The notes below the pieces were generated by a model. The model was not told where the DNA came from and searched no databases. It was given only the letters and a program-made list of their open reading frames with translations. The position numbers and the translations under genes were made by a program. Below are positions 1 to 9,977 of a stretch of 64,000 nucleotides of DNA, one piece after another (position 1 is the stretch's first letter; each line of letters begins with the position of its first letter). Source of the DNA: a bacterium. GTDB lineage: Bacteria > UBP6 > UBA1177. Location of the stretch: NCBI GenBank assembly GCA_017538365.1, contig JAFYIZ010000047.1, positions 78,800 to 142,799 on the forward strand, given 5' to 3'.

Positions 1-386
1 CTGTTCGCTGAACCAGTAAAAAGTGGCTATATCGAAAACTATTTTTGAAAAATCACCGCGCAGATACTGAAGTTTCAGCGGAGTTTCCGCAATTTTTGCA
101 TGAATCAGCGGAACGTATATCACCGGACTGAGCAGGGCGAGGTAGGGGATTCTGTCGACTTTAAGACCTAGAATATATCTGGCGCATAAAGCGAAATAAA
201 AGAAGACGAAAGTGAACCAGGCACAGTGGTGTGTTGCCACGAAATATGAGAAAAACGGTTTTTTTGCAAATATTGCAGTTTCAAGGTAAACTCTTGAAAA
301 TATTACTAAAAACAAAAAAATGAAAAGAAGTGTGTCTATGATTTTCTCGTATTTTTTGTTTTTATGAAAATCCTGAAATGCCAAAA
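1..386 (-). CDS. N-terminal part of a polytopic membrane protein. The gene runs off the window start. Putative TTG start at 386-384.
   Basis: Open frame on the minus strand from 386 to position 1 with no stop. AGGAG lies 6 nt upstream of the TTG and overlaps the stop of the upstream DUF4956 gene. The translation has three or more hydrophobic helices (IIDTLLFIFLFLVIF, FFSYFVATHHCAWFTFVFFYFAL, IPYLALLSPVIYVPL). It is not in the ORF track because it lacks a stop inside the window. Confidence 0.35.
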
Positions 387-393
387 GTCGCTC

Positions 394-1104
394 CTAAAGT
401 TCTACTGTCGTTTCCTGAAGCAGCAGCGATACGTTGTTGATTGCCGGAATATTCTGTTTCAACTCGCTTATAAGTTCTTCCGAAGTCGATTTCGGCTTCA
501 TTTTTATGTGGTAGGCATATTCGAGTCTTTCGCCGACTGCGATCTCCTTCAGTGTGATGAGGGCGAAAACTTTACAGTGTTTTTTGAAAATCTCTGCTAT
601 TTTCTGAATGTCGAGCTCTTCAGGACTGATGTTGAAACGGAGAATTCCGTCAAAGTACGACACTTTGCTGACCTGAGAAAAATAGAGGACGAAAGCGGCA
701 ATGTCAAACAGCATGATCCCGACAAAAGCCATGAAGTATGCGCCGATTCCGCACGTTATACCGGCGGCGAGGGCTGCGAAAAGGAAGATTATGTCGCGCG
801 GATCCTTGAGGTTTGTCCTGAAACGGATGATCGAAAGGGCGCCCAAAGTACCGATACCGATTGCAACGCTGTCTCCTATTGCGTGGATGACCATTGCCGT
901 GACGATAGATGAAAGCATGACGGCCTGAACGAAGTTGCGGGAGTAGGAAAGTCCGCGGAAGGTTTTTACATAGGTGAGTCCGATCGATACCGAAAGAATG
1001 AATGCCAGGGAAGCTGAAAAAATAACTCTCAGCGACGAGAGTGAGGATGAAGCGAGGTTTGCAGTTAAAAAATCACTCATATATATCTCCGTGGTTGAAA
1101 ACAT
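394..1104 (-). CDS. DUF4956-family membrane protein, the usual partner of VTC-domain proteins
   Basis: N-terminal TM helices and a 'GIGTLGALSIIRFRTNLKDPRDI' segment typical of DUF4956. An alternative start MSDFL at 1080 gives an 8-nt overlap with the upstream VTC gene. Confidence 0.55.
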   Translation of the reverse strand: MFSTTEIYMSDFLTANLASSSLSSLRVIFSASLAFILSVSIGLTYVKTFRGLSYSRNFVQAVMLSSIVTAMVIHAIGDSVAIGIGTLGALSIIRFRTNLKDPRDIIFLFAALAAGITCGIGAYFMAFVGIMLFDIAAFVLYFSQVSKVSYFDGILRFNISPEELDIQKIAEIFKKHCKVFALITLKEIAVGERLEYAYHIKMKPKSTSEELISELKQNIPAINNVSLLLQETTVEL

Positions 1105-1894
1105 TATACCATTTATTGTCGGGCATTCTGTTGCGAAGTACCCGCAGCATCCCGTATCTGAATTTTGAAAAAGCCATTTTTTTCAAGTCGAATTTCTGAA
1201 CCAGGTCGACCATCCAGAGCGGAAGGTTCGAGACCTGTCCTTTGAGTTCGAGGATGCACTGCGCCAGAGGGCCGAAAATCGTTGTCGTGTCGTAACTTTC
1301 CATTCTTTCAGGAGTCGGTTTTACGTTGAAATTGTTTTCTTCGCAGCATTGAAGATTTGCATCAAAAGTGACTCTGGCGTATTCGTCGGCTTCGCTTATC
1401 CACGCCATCCTGTCATACTGTGTGAGAATCTGCGGCTGCGCGTTGTACGAAAGCGCGAGTGATTGAAAAAGATCCATGTTTTTCGCATCGTTTCCCTTGA
1501 GACCGAGTTCGTAGGAAGCTTTGGTCATGTAAAAAATCTTCTCGATTTCCTCAGATTTCACTTTCGCCCTGTATTTCTGCTTGTTTTCGCCGAATTTGCA
1601 CTTAACTTCCCAGAAATACGGCTGAACGGGATTTTCTCCGTATGAGCGGATTCTCATATTGAAGCGGTTTTCTTTCTTTTCAAGCCTGTTGTTCAGGAAA
1701 GTGTGAAAAGGTGTGTCAAAGTAAAGATTGTTTATCCTGTAGAATCCGGTCGGCGACATTTCGGAGTATTTGTCAAGGTAGCAGTAGGTTTTTACGAATT
1801 CGGAAATAGGTCTTATCAAGTCGCGCGGAATCAGGTATTTGTACTCGAAGCGCTGCAGTACAGAAGGTATGTCGATTTGATTTACAGCAGACAT
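1073..1894 (-). CDS. VTC-domain (CYTH-like, polyphosphate-polymerase-type) protein
   Basis: N-terminal 'RFEYKYLIP' (ExKx triphosphate-tunnel-type motif), ~270 aa, immediately followed by DUF4956. This pair is a conserved bacterial arrangement. Its start overlaps the stop of the TolC-like gene. Confidence 0.5.
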   Translation of the reverse strand: MSAVNQIDIPSVLQRFEYKYLIPRDLIRPISEFVKTYCYLDKYSEMSPTGFYRINNLYFDTPFHTFLNNRLEKKENRFNMRIRSYGENPVQPYFWEVKCKFGENKQKYRAKVKSEEIEKIFYMTKASYELGLKGNDAKNMDLFQSLALSYNAQPQILTQYDRMAWISEADEYARVTFDANLQCCEENNFNVKPTPERMESYDTTTIFGPLAQCILELKGQVSNLPLWMVDLVQKFDLKKMAFSKFRYGMLRVLRNRMPDNKWYNVFNHGDIYE

Positions 1895-3132
1895 TACTCA
1901 GCCTTTGTTCCGTATAGCGAGTTTTTGCCCGATTCTTCCTCGAAAACTCCGGTGAGACGGCACAGATCGATGTATATCGCATAGATCTCAGCTTCGAGTT
2001 CTGCTGTTTTGATCTCCTGTTTCACCATTCTTTCCTTGAGTTTGAGTATTATTATCGGATTGACTCCTTCGAGCGACGAATACTTGGCTAGAATCCCGCT
2101 TTCTGCCTCTTTTTCTCTCTTTTCGACCATGATTTCATACTGCCTGATCTTTCTTCTGAGCATCAGGATATCGCTGTTTAAAGCTGCTTCGGCAAGGCGT
2201 TTTTCGGTGTAAAAATCTGAATCGTCGCCGATCGATTTGAGGCGTTTTTTCAAAATGGCGTTCTGGTTGCTTTTGAAGCCTGGAATCGAAATGGCAAAAC
2301 CTATCGAAAAACCGCGTGAAGGTCTGTCATTGCGGTCGTTAGTATCAAATTCCAGAGCGACATATTTGAGCCAGTCGCGGTCTTTTGCCTCTTCGAGCGC
2401 GATCTCGCTCTGTGCAATGAGCATCTTTTGTCTGTGAAGGTCGTCGAGTGCCTTCGAATCGGCGTTTTCCGGATCGAGCGAATCGATGAACTCTTTTATT
2501 TCACTCACCGAAATTATTTTTTCTCTGTCAAATGCCGGCACTTTATTTCTGCCTGCCGCCTGAACGTCGAGGAGAACCGCATCAAGTTCCGATTCAAGCT
2601 CGGTCTTTTTCATCTCGATGTCGGTGATTTTGTCTTCGATTTCAAGAATATCGACGTCGGTCGTTTTTTCCGAATAAGCGGCCATTTTTTCGGTGACTTC
2701 CTTTTTGTCTTCGAGGATTTCCCTGAGCGAATCGAGAAGTGTGAGCGCCTTTTTGTTTTTGATATAGGTCAAAACCATGTTGAATTTTTCAAAAACTACT
2801 TCCGAAAGGGCAAGTTTAGACTGTGCCGTCAGGATGTTTTTTGAATTCTGCCTGAGTTCTTTCGAGCGTTTTGTCTCGCCGAATCCTCTGAAATAGAGCC
2901 TGAGAGCGTAAGTCTGCTCCAGAATGTCGAAATTTCCCGTTTCACTTCTGAATTCAAGCGCTTTTACTACAGGTGTGTCGCCGCCTTTTTCAAAAGCGCT
3001 GCCGAGTTCTTTATGCGTTTTGATTCTCGGATCGTCAGCTGCCGAGCCGATGTATTCCGAAATAGTTATCTCTTCGCAAAACGAGAAAAATGGAAGAAAG
3101 AAGATAAATAAAATCGGCAGAACTTTTTTCAT
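1894..3132 (-). CDS. Outer-membrane efflux (TolC-like) protein
   Basis: Signal peptide MKKVLPILFIFFLPFFSF, ~400 aa, long coiled-coil-prone segments. It lies immediately downstream of the HlyD-family gene with a 4-nt overlap. Confidence 0.45.
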   Translation of the reverse strand: MKKVLPILFIFFLPFFSFCEEITISEYIGSAADDPRIKTHKELGSAFEKGGDTPVVKALEFRSETGNFDILEQTYALRLYFRGFGETKRSKELRQNSKNILTAQSKLALSEVVFEKFNMVLTYIKNKKALTLLDSLREILEDKKEVTEKMAAYSEKTTDVDILEIEDKITDIEMKKTELESELDAVLLDVQAAGRNKVPAFDREKIISVSEIKEFIDSLDPENADSKALDDLHRQKMLIAQSEIALEEAKDRDWLKYVALEFDTNDRNDRPSRGFSIGFAISIPGFKSNQNAILKKRLKSIGDDSDFYTEKRLAEAALNSDILMLRRKIRQYEIMVEKREKEAESGILAKYSSLEGVNPIIILKLKERMVKQEIKTAELEAEIYAIYIDLCRLTGVFEEESGKNSLYGTKAE

Positions 3133-5156
3133 ATTCTGCCTAAATTCATGAATTTTGAGTTTTCTTTCTGGCCGAGATCGAAGAATATGAAAAATTCTCC
3201 GTTGCTGTCGACCGCAATTCCTTCAGGTTTGAGTGACGGGAAATTTTTAATGAGAGAACTTTTTCCGTTTTCAAACTTGAAAAATCCGCCGCATTTTTCA
3301 TCCGAGCAGGAAGCAGTGAAGAAAAACGCATCTTTTGAAATCATGTAAATATCGGAAATTCTTAAATCTTTAGGCAAATCTTCGATGAACGTCATCTGAA
3401 TCTGATTCTCGGAAATTTTTTTCTCTGAAAAGATTTTTTTGTAGTCGGAAATCTCGAAAATCACCCCTTTTCCTTCAAAAAGCGGATCTTTGAAAGCTAT
3501 AAAAAGCGAGTTTTCAAAAACAAACATTCCTTCTGCATCGATCGATTTTTCCACGATTCCTTTTTTCAGAAAATCTGCCGCCGTGCCTTCCGATTTTTTA
3601 GCGAAATCTTTAAGGATTTCATAAAAATCGACCGAATTTTTAAGTTCAGCCTTTCCTTGTGTCAGAGTAAACGAGGCAAGAATGCGTCTTTCGGCTTTGA
3701 GTTTTCCTTTTTTGGAATAACTCATGGACGACATGACGAGGTAAGAAGATTCAGATTCTTTGGCGATTGATTCAAGATCGTTGATTTTATCGAGATTTTC
3801 GATTTTTATCCTTTTTGCCAAGCCGCCTTTGCCGACTTCAAAAAGAAGAGGCTGCTTTTTTTCGGTTTCATCGGAAACGACTATGAAATTGCCGGTTTCT
3901 TCAACAAAAACTGCGCCGGAAGCCTCGATTTTAAGCGGCTCGTCAGAAACAATCTCAACCAAACCGTTATCTCCCTCGCCACTGCGGAGAGGGGCAGGGG
4001 TGAGGTCTTTTGATTTATTCAGTTTTTTTTTATAAGGCTCTTTAGCGGAGAGCTCCGAGTTCGGGTAGGAAAAAAGCAGTTTGGCTATATTGTCCCAGAC
4101 GTTTCTGCCGTATGCGATATTGACTTTTTCACCGAGGATAAAGCCGTTGTTCTCGGGAATTTTAACAACGATTTCTCTTCCCCAGAGCGGGAGATTCTGG
4201 TTTTTCAAAAGCCTTGAGGGAAGCGGTATTATTCTTCCGCCGAGACCTGTGACAACGCCGGATACCGGAGTTTTGTTGTTTGTAGAAGTTATCGTAACTG
4301 TTTCGCCGACTTTTATTGCCGAAAAGTGAGATTCGGGAATGTAGCCTTTGACAAAAGAGGGTTCGTTGTTGATTATCGACATGACCGGAGAGTATGCCGC
4401 GACTTTTTCACCGCCTTTGAGGAAAACTCTTTCACCGTTGCCGTTTTTGTTGAAAACGCTGCCGATGATTCCTGAAAACGGAGCGTAAAGCGCCATGTCG
4501 GCATTCTTTTTTTCGAGGGATTCGAGCTCTTCCGTGAGTTTCTGCTTTTCGATATTTTCCGGCGTGTAGTCTTCCGAAAGCATCCGTTTGTACATTCTGT
4601 TGGTTTCGGCGAACTCTTTTCTGCGCTCTTCCTTTGCGGATTTCAGCGCTTCGATCTGGATTTCGATCGGATTTTTAGCTGAATCGTCACGTTTTATCTT
4701 GACGCTTTTGAGCCCGACTGAAAGCTCTTTGTTGATTCTGAGCTGGTTTTCGAGGGTTTTTATCTGAGAATCGAGTTCGCTTATAACGGCGCGTTCAGCA
4801 GCTTTGTTCTGCAGGATCTTCGATTGAATTTCAGCTTTGCTCATTCCTTTTTTCGCTTCGAGCTGAAGAAGCTGCGTGCGGATCGTGGCGATACGGAAAG
4901 CGAGGTCCTGACTTTCAAACTCGGCGAGTTTCTGCCCTTTTGCAACAGTGTCGCCCTCCATGACTAGCACTTTTTTGATGCTTACCGGAATTTCTGTGTT
5001 GATTGTCGTTTCGTTCGATTCGGCGAAACCCTGAAAATTCGTTGTTTCCTGACCGGAATATATGATGATACCGATTACGGCTGCGATTAAAAGCGTAATA
5101 AAAACAAATAGTAAGCCTATTCCGTGAATCCTGTTGTTATGCAAGCAGCACCTCAA
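3129..5156 (-). CDS. HlyD-family membrane-fusion protein with a ~330 aa C-terminal extension, possibly beta-propeller or phytase-like
   Basis: The N-terminal half has a TM anchor (GIGLLFVFITLLIAAVIGIIIY), a lipoyl-like 'VMEGDTVAKGQKLAEFES', a long coiled coil and a beta-barrel 'VTGLGGRIIPLP', the HlyD layout. The C-terminal extension ends '...LKPEGIAVDSNGEFFIFFDLG', which is atypical for HlyD. Confidence 0.6.
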   Translation of the reverse strand: MRCCLHNNRIHGIGLLFVFITLLIAAVIGIIIYSGQETTNFQGFAESNETTINTEIPVSIKKVLVMEGDTVAKGQKLAEFESQDLAFRIATIRTQLLQLEAKKGMSKAEIQSKILQNKAAERAVISELDSQIKTLENQLRINKELSVGLKSVKIKRDDSAKNPIEIQIEALKSAKEERRKEFAETNRMYKRMLSEDYTPENIEKQKLTEELESLEKKNADMALYAPFSGIIGSVFNKNGNGERVFLKGGEKVAAYSPVMSIINNEPSFVKGYIPESHFSAIKVGETVTITSTNNKTPVSGVVTGLGGRIIPLPSRLLKNQNLPLWGREIVVKIPENNGFILGEKVNIAYGRNVWDNIAKLLFSYPNSELSAKEPYKKKLNKSKDLTPAPLRSGEGDNGLVEIVSDEPLKIEASGAVFVEETGNFIVVSDETEKKQPLLFEVGKGGLAKRIKIENLDKINDLESIAKESESSYLVMSSMSYSKKGKLKAERRILASFTLTQGKAELKNSVDFYEILKDFAKKSEGTAADFLKKGIVEKSIDAEGMFVFENSLFIAFKDPLFEGKGVIFEISDYKKIFSEKKISENQIQMTFIEDLPKDLRISDIYMISKDAFFFTASCSDEKCGGFFKFENGKSSLIKNFPSLKPEGIAVDSNGEFFIFFDLGQKENSKFMNLGRI

Positions 5157-5219
5157 AGTGAAAAAACAACAACAAAAGATTATACTGAAAAAAATTTTTT
5201 TATAAATTTTTTATAAGAA

Positions 5220-6983
5220 TTAAAGCACGAATGCTTTGAAGAAATACTGTGAATTTTCAGCTTTTATGCCGACTGTTATCATTGTGACAGACGGATCGAG
5301 ATTGATTTTGACGGTTTCGTGCATGAGATAGGGGATGTCGTAAAGATTGCCGTCTGCAAAAATGCGGAGTGTCGCTCCTTCGAGTTCTGGCGGGAAATTC
5401 AGAGAAACGGTTTTTACACCTTCGTTTTCTTCAACTTCCGGATTTATTTCAGCTGCAAAAGGTTCGACCGGATCGCGCCAGAAAACTGTCATCGGGTCAC
5501 CCAGCATAACGATCGATTTTTTTGTCCACTGCCAGCTGTCAGGAGTGACAACAGGAACATTGTTTATAAGCGGAATAGGTGGATTGAAGGTATCGTTCTG
5601 AGGCATATTGGCATGAGCGTAAATGTAACTGTCTCCGATTATTGACGATGATGATGCAAACATATTCTTAAGCATTTCGTCGATAAACTGGCTGCCTCCG
5701 GCGATTCCCAGACCTGTAGTCGTGTTGCCGAGATAGACTATTGCGCCGCCTTCAGGAGCGTTCATCAGCTTTTCACCGGCGGAATCACCGTATTTGTATC
5801 CGAACTGTCCGGCCTCGCAGGCACAGCTTAGAAAGAAAGGAAGAGCTTGGTTTTTAAGATTGTATGCCATGTTTCCGGTAAAATCGTTGTCATTGTTAGC
5901 CTGTTCGCATGTAAGATAATTCTGGCCTCCGTGTCCGCTGTGGACGATGAGGTTCACACCATCTTCAATCGCAGCTTTTTCTTTATCGTTGCTGAGGTAT
6001 TCAGCCGTTCCAGCTCCAGGATAAAAGTCTGACTCTGTATAAAGTCTTTTCAATTCGTAATCGGGCGGGATAATACTTGCGGTTTTGCCTTCGGATTCAA
6101 AGTAATATCCGGCATTTATCTTTATGTTTGATATTTCCGTAGCAATATTGGCCAGAAGAAGCGATTTTTTCGTGTTTGCCGTGTTGAAAGCGGTATGGTG
6201 TTTTACGATTTTCGTTAAATAAAGTTCAGCTTCCTCAACTGTCGAAACGGAGATTCTTCCTACCGCTATATTTGCGATAAGAACAGAGTTGTCATCACCG
6301 ATAGAGAGAGTTCCGTCGTCTTCGGCATATACGCCGTTTCCGTTAGAATCCCATTCGCTGAAATCTGCATAGTAGAGGTCACTGTAAAAATTCTCATCAT
6401 AAGTATCGACAATGATTGAGAATTTGTCGTGAACTTCTCTGGAAGGAACGATTTCGATATCACCGCCAAGAACCAGATATCTGAGCCCTTCGACCGACAT
6501 GACATAGTCTTTTATCGCCTTCTGCGTGTCGTTCATCGGGTCATCGTCATCGCATACTGCGTTTTCGCAGATATTTTCAATAGTTACGACTTTTGTGATT
6601 ATTCCGGTAACAGTGTGGAAAAGGGCGAATTTTTTGAAAACATCGGCAAATTCTTCTCTTGTTACGATCAAAGCTTCAGTTTTTGTTTCAAAATCGTGAC
6701 TCGGTTCCGCAACAGTTGTTGTTTCTTTTTCCGGATCTTCGTTGTTTTCATCAGGATCAGTGGTAGGATCTTCAGGAAGATTATCGTTACCGTCGGGATT
6801 TTCTTCCGACGAGTCGGTATCTCCTTCGTCATCGGTATTTTCGGGAACGGAATCGTCTGAAGTATCTGCCGGATCGTCCGTTTCACTGTCGTTTTTAGAG
6901 GTTCTGGTAGAATTTTCGCCGCATGAAACCATAAAAACAAAACATAAAATCGTGCATAAAATCAGAAGTGACTTTTTCAACAT
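5220..6983 (-). CDS. Secreted lipoprotein, putative clan CD (gingipain/C25-like) cysteine peptidase with an acidic N-terminal linker
   Basis: Lipobox FMVSCGEN, an Asp/Glu/Pro-rich linker, a His motif 'VHSGHGG' and a Cys motif 'FFLSCACEAGQFG' spaced like a caspase-fold His/Cys dyad. Confidence 0.4.
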   Translation of the reverse strand: MLKKSLLILCTILCFVFMVSCGENSTRTSKNDSETDDPADTSDDSVPENTDDEGDTDSSEENPDGNDNLPEDPTTDPDENNEDPEKETTTVAEPSHDFETKTEALIVTREEFADVFKKFALFHTVTGIITKVVTIENICENAVCDDDDPMNDTQKAIKDYVMSVEGLRYLVLGGDIEIVPSREVHDKFSIIVDTYDENFYSDLYYADFSEWDSNGNGVYAEDDGTLSIGDDNSVLIANIAVGRISVSTVEEAELYLTKIVKHHTAFNTANTKKSLLLANIATEISNIKINAGYYFESEGKTASIIPPDYELKRLYTESDFYPGAGTAEYLSNDKEKAAIEDGVNLIVHSGHGGQNYLTCEQANNDNDFTGNMAYNLKNQALPFFLSCACEAGQFGYKYGDSAGEKLMNAPEGGAIVYLGNTTTGLGIAGGSQFIDEMLKNMFASSSSIIGDSYIYAHANMPQNDTFNPPIPLINNVPVVTPDSWQWTKKSIVMLGDPMTVFWRDPVEPFAAEINPEVEENEGVKTVSLNFPPELEGATLRIFADGNLYDIPYLMHETVKINLDPSVTMITVGIKAENSQYFFKAFVL

Positions 6984-7067
6984 TGTGATTCCTCCAACAC
7001 AAAAAACGGAGAATTATAGTCAAAAACAGAAAAAAGTCTCTTTTTTTTCGTTTTTGACACTGTAATA

Positions 7068-8963
7068 TTAGAATTCAAAAACGATGCCGAATTCGAAGTT
7101 GTTTTTCATCTTGTTGGAGAGATCAAAGCTCTTTTCTCTCCAGAAGTCGTTGATTTTTTCAAATTTGTATCCGACGAAAAGGCATGAGTTGACAACGCCG
7201 TTTTCTTTCATTTTTTTCGATGAAGAAGGGTCGAGCCAGTTAAGCGAGAACATAACGCCGATTGTTCCGTGAAGTCCGAAAGTTCCTCCGTTTTCAGTCG
7301 TGCTGCCGCCGTCGCGGACCCACCACGGATAGTAGTCGATGCCGCCTGCGATGTATGGGTATAGCGGAAAATCGTAAACAGGGCGCAGTTTGAGTTCGGC
7401 TTTGAGCGGGAGAAAGTGCATTGTAGTTCTGTCGGTACTTTTCGAGCCGTCGGAGCGCATCGCGTGCCCTTTGAATCTTGTATATCCGATGCCACCGAGG
7501 AATGTGATTCTGATGTATTCAGTCGGTATAGCCAATCCGAAAGTGAACGACGGGAGCCAGCGGAGCTGAGAACCGGCGACATCTTTGAACGGCGTACCGT
7601 TTATTTCACCGTCGATCTGCGGGTAGTAGAGAAGGTTCGTGAAACTTGCTTCGCCGTGAATGTTGCTTCCTTTTGCCGAAAGATCCTGGAACGGTACGGC
7701 GAGAAGCAGGACGAAAAAGAGTGCCAAAAGCGCTTTTCTGCCCGATTTGACGGTGAAAAACGCAGCTAAAACCAACCATGAAATCATGAGTATCCTTCCT
7801 AAAAGTGTTGTGAAAAACCAAGCTGTGACGACAAGCGGCATGAGAAGAGTTCTCGAAGCCGCACGAAGAGTCGTGGAATCTTTAATTATTTCAGCGGGAT
7901 AACTGCCGTATTTGTAGTAAGCCGCGATAAATCTTTTGCCGAGACCGAAGTTCGCGAGAACTGAATCTCTGAATTCACGCAGAAGTTCGACGCTCGGGTG
8001 AAAGTAGCTTCCGAAACCTGCCGTTGCGACGAAGCAGAAGCCGCCGTCATCCTTGCCGCCCTGCGATTTGTAGTTGCTCCAGAATCCGTATGTAGTGACA
8101 GAGGAGGCTTCAACTGAAATTGTTGCCGTCTCATCGCTGTTTCCTGCCAGATCTTCGGCAACGACTTCAACCGTGTAGGCTCTGCTGCTGTTTCCGTCAT
8201 CGTTGTTGATGAATTCGTAGCCGTCCTTTCCTTTGACGGTGAATTCCCATATTTGATTGTATTTGTCTGAATCTACTATGGAATCATATTCGAGAGTTGT
8301 CTGTGTTTCGGCATCGTCGCTTTTGAAAATTCCGGTGACTTTTGCATGATATTTCCCGATTTTTTCTTTCGATTCGCCGTCTTCGGTGCTGGGAGGCGTG
8401 ACTCTGATGAGCATCTGCTGGTTGCCGCCCTCGACTTCTATTGCGGAAGGCGCTTTCGGCGGTTTGTTGTCGAAAGTAACTTTTATCGTTTTTTCAGCGT
8501 ATTCCGGAACCGAGGAAGAAGTGTTGTCATCATCATCGTTGTCGTCATCGTCATCTTCCTCATCGTCGTCGTCGCTGTTTTCTGACGAAGTGTCAAGTTC
8601 GATCCTGACCCTTATGTTGTAAGTTCCGTCAGCGACCGATTTGTCGTCCGAATCTTCAAGCGAACGGATGCTTTTGATCGCGTTGTAAAGCTCTTCTCCG
8701 GCAAGCGTAAGCGAATTGTCGATACTTAAGAATCCGCTGTCGGTCATAGTTGTGTCGAAAGTTTTTGTTTCGCCGTCTATTTCGACCTGAAGGTAAGCCT
8801 TTTCCACAAGATCGGGTTTCGGCAGATCATAGAAAAATTTGAGCGAACCTGCGAAATTCATGCTTGCATGTCCCGGCTCGGTTTCCACATTCGTGAGGTA
8901 ACTCTCTGCAAAAAGCATCGAGTTGCACAGAATGAGCAGAAAAAACGTAATTCTTTTAATCAT
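7068..8963 (-). CDS. Large composite secreted protein: acidic N-terminal region, a CFVATAGFG–helix–basic-tail module and a C-terminal outer-membrane beta-barrel-like domain
   Basis: Signal peptide MIKRITFFLLILCNSMLFA with start at 8963, overlapping the asd stop in an ATGATTAA junction. It has a poly-acidic tract SENSDDDDEEDDDDDNDDDDN and a conserved-looking 'CFVATAGFGSYFHPSVELLREFRD'. Two hydrophobic helices are followed by KSGRK. A signal-peptide-like segment ALLALFFVLLLAVPFQDLSA follows. The last 240 aa are beta-rich and end in ...GIVFEF with a C-terminal Phe, the outer-membrane beta-barrel hallmark. Confidence 0.5.
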   Translation of the reverse strand: MIKRITFFLLILCNSMLFAESYLTNVETEPGHASMNFAGSLKFFYDLPKPDLVEKAYLQVEIDGETKTFDTTMTDSGFLSIDNSLTLAGEELYNAIKSIRSLEDSDDKSVADGTYNIRVRIELDTSSENSDDDDEEDDDDDNDDDDNTSSSVPEYAEKTIKVTFDNKPPKAPSAIEVEGGNQQMLIRVTPPSTEDGESKEKIGKYHAKVTGIFKSDDAETQTTLEYDSIVDSDKYNQIWEFTVKGKDGYEFINNDDGNSSRAYTVEVVAEDLAGNSDETATISVEASSVTTYGFWSNYKSQGGKDDGGFCFVATAGFGSYFHPSVELLREFRDSVLANFGLGKRFIAAYYKYGSYPAEIIKDSTTLRAASRTLLMPLVVTAWFFTTLLGRILMISWLVLAAFFTVKSGRKALLALFFVLLLAVPFQDLSAKGSNIHGEASFTNLLYYPQIDGEINGTPFKDVAGSQLRWLPSFTFGLAIPTEYIRITFLGGIGYTRFKGHAMRSDGSKSTDRTTMHFLPLKAELKLRPVYDFPLYPYIAGGIDYYPWWVRDGGSTTENGGTFGLHGTIGVMFSLNWLDPSSSKKMKENGVVNSCLFVGYKFEKINDFWREKSFDLSNKMKNNFEFGIVFEF

Positions 8964-9977
8964 TTGTATCCCCGAATATTGTTTCAGCAATTCTTATCGC
9001 GTTGTATGCTGCGCCTTTTCTTACGTTGTCGGCGACGACCCATGCGGAAAGGTAGTTTTTGTGCTCGCGCCCTTTACGCAATCTGCCGATAAAGACTTCA
9101 TTTCTTCCCGAAGAATCGATGAGAGTGGGGTAGAGCATCTGTTCGATGTCGTCCATGAGAACCATCTCTTTGTTTTCTTTGATTTTGCGGTGGATCTCAT
9201 TGATGCTGCACTCTTTTTCAAGTTCAAACCAGACCGTTTCGGCGTGGGAATAGAAAGTCGGAACGCGGACGGTCGTGACGTCGATGTCGAGTTTCGGCAT
9301 CGAAAGAATTTTCCGCGATTCATTTATCATTTTTACCTCTTCCTCGCAGTAGCCGTCTTCATAGAACGGACCGATCTGCGGAATGAGGTTGAAAGCTATT
9401 CTCTGGAGAAAAACTTCGGGTTTTACTTCGTGAAACGAGAAAAGAGCCGAAATCTGCGAGCGGAGTTCTTCGATTCCTTTTTTGCCTGCGCCGCTTACAC
9501 TCTGATAAGTGCTTACGACGACTTTTCTGATTCCGAAAAGCTCTTCGATTATCTGAAGAAAAGGAACAAGCTGGATCGTCGAGCAGTTGGGATTTGCGAT
9601 GATCTTCGACTTTGTGGTTTTGAGGATTTCGCCGTTTACTTCCGGAACTACAAGCGGGATATCGTCATCCATTCTGAAAGCGGAACTGTTGTCAACAACT
9701 ATCGCGCCTGCATTGACGAAATGTTTAGCGTAGTCAAGGGCAACTCCCGCACCTGCGCTGAAAAGAGCTAAATCGACCGGATGTTTTTCAATTTCCTTTT
9801 CATTCAGCGGAATGACGTCGATTTCTTTATTTTTGTAAGTCACCGTGAGACCGAGCGAATTATCGCTCGCAAAAGGGTAGAGCTTATCAATCGGAAAATT
9901 TCTTTCTTCAAGAATCGTAATAAATTCAAGACCGACAAGACCTGTCGCACCGACTATCGCAACATTCAAAGGTTTCA
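8956..9977 (-). CDS. asd: Aspartate-semialdehyde dehydrogenase
   Basis: MKPLNVAIVGATGLVG Rossmann N-terminus plus the family-wide body. GGAGG RBS before the ATG at 9977. The track ORF has an N-terminal extension. Confidence 0.85.

Noticed and set aside
7416-8622. Several 70-124 aa ORFs antisense to or out of frame with the 7068-8963 gene (for example the Ser-rich 8386-8622 ORF)
   Set aside because: They are generated by the poly-GAT/GAC acidic tract and the general coding strand. They have no RBS, and their composition is the mirror of the host frame.
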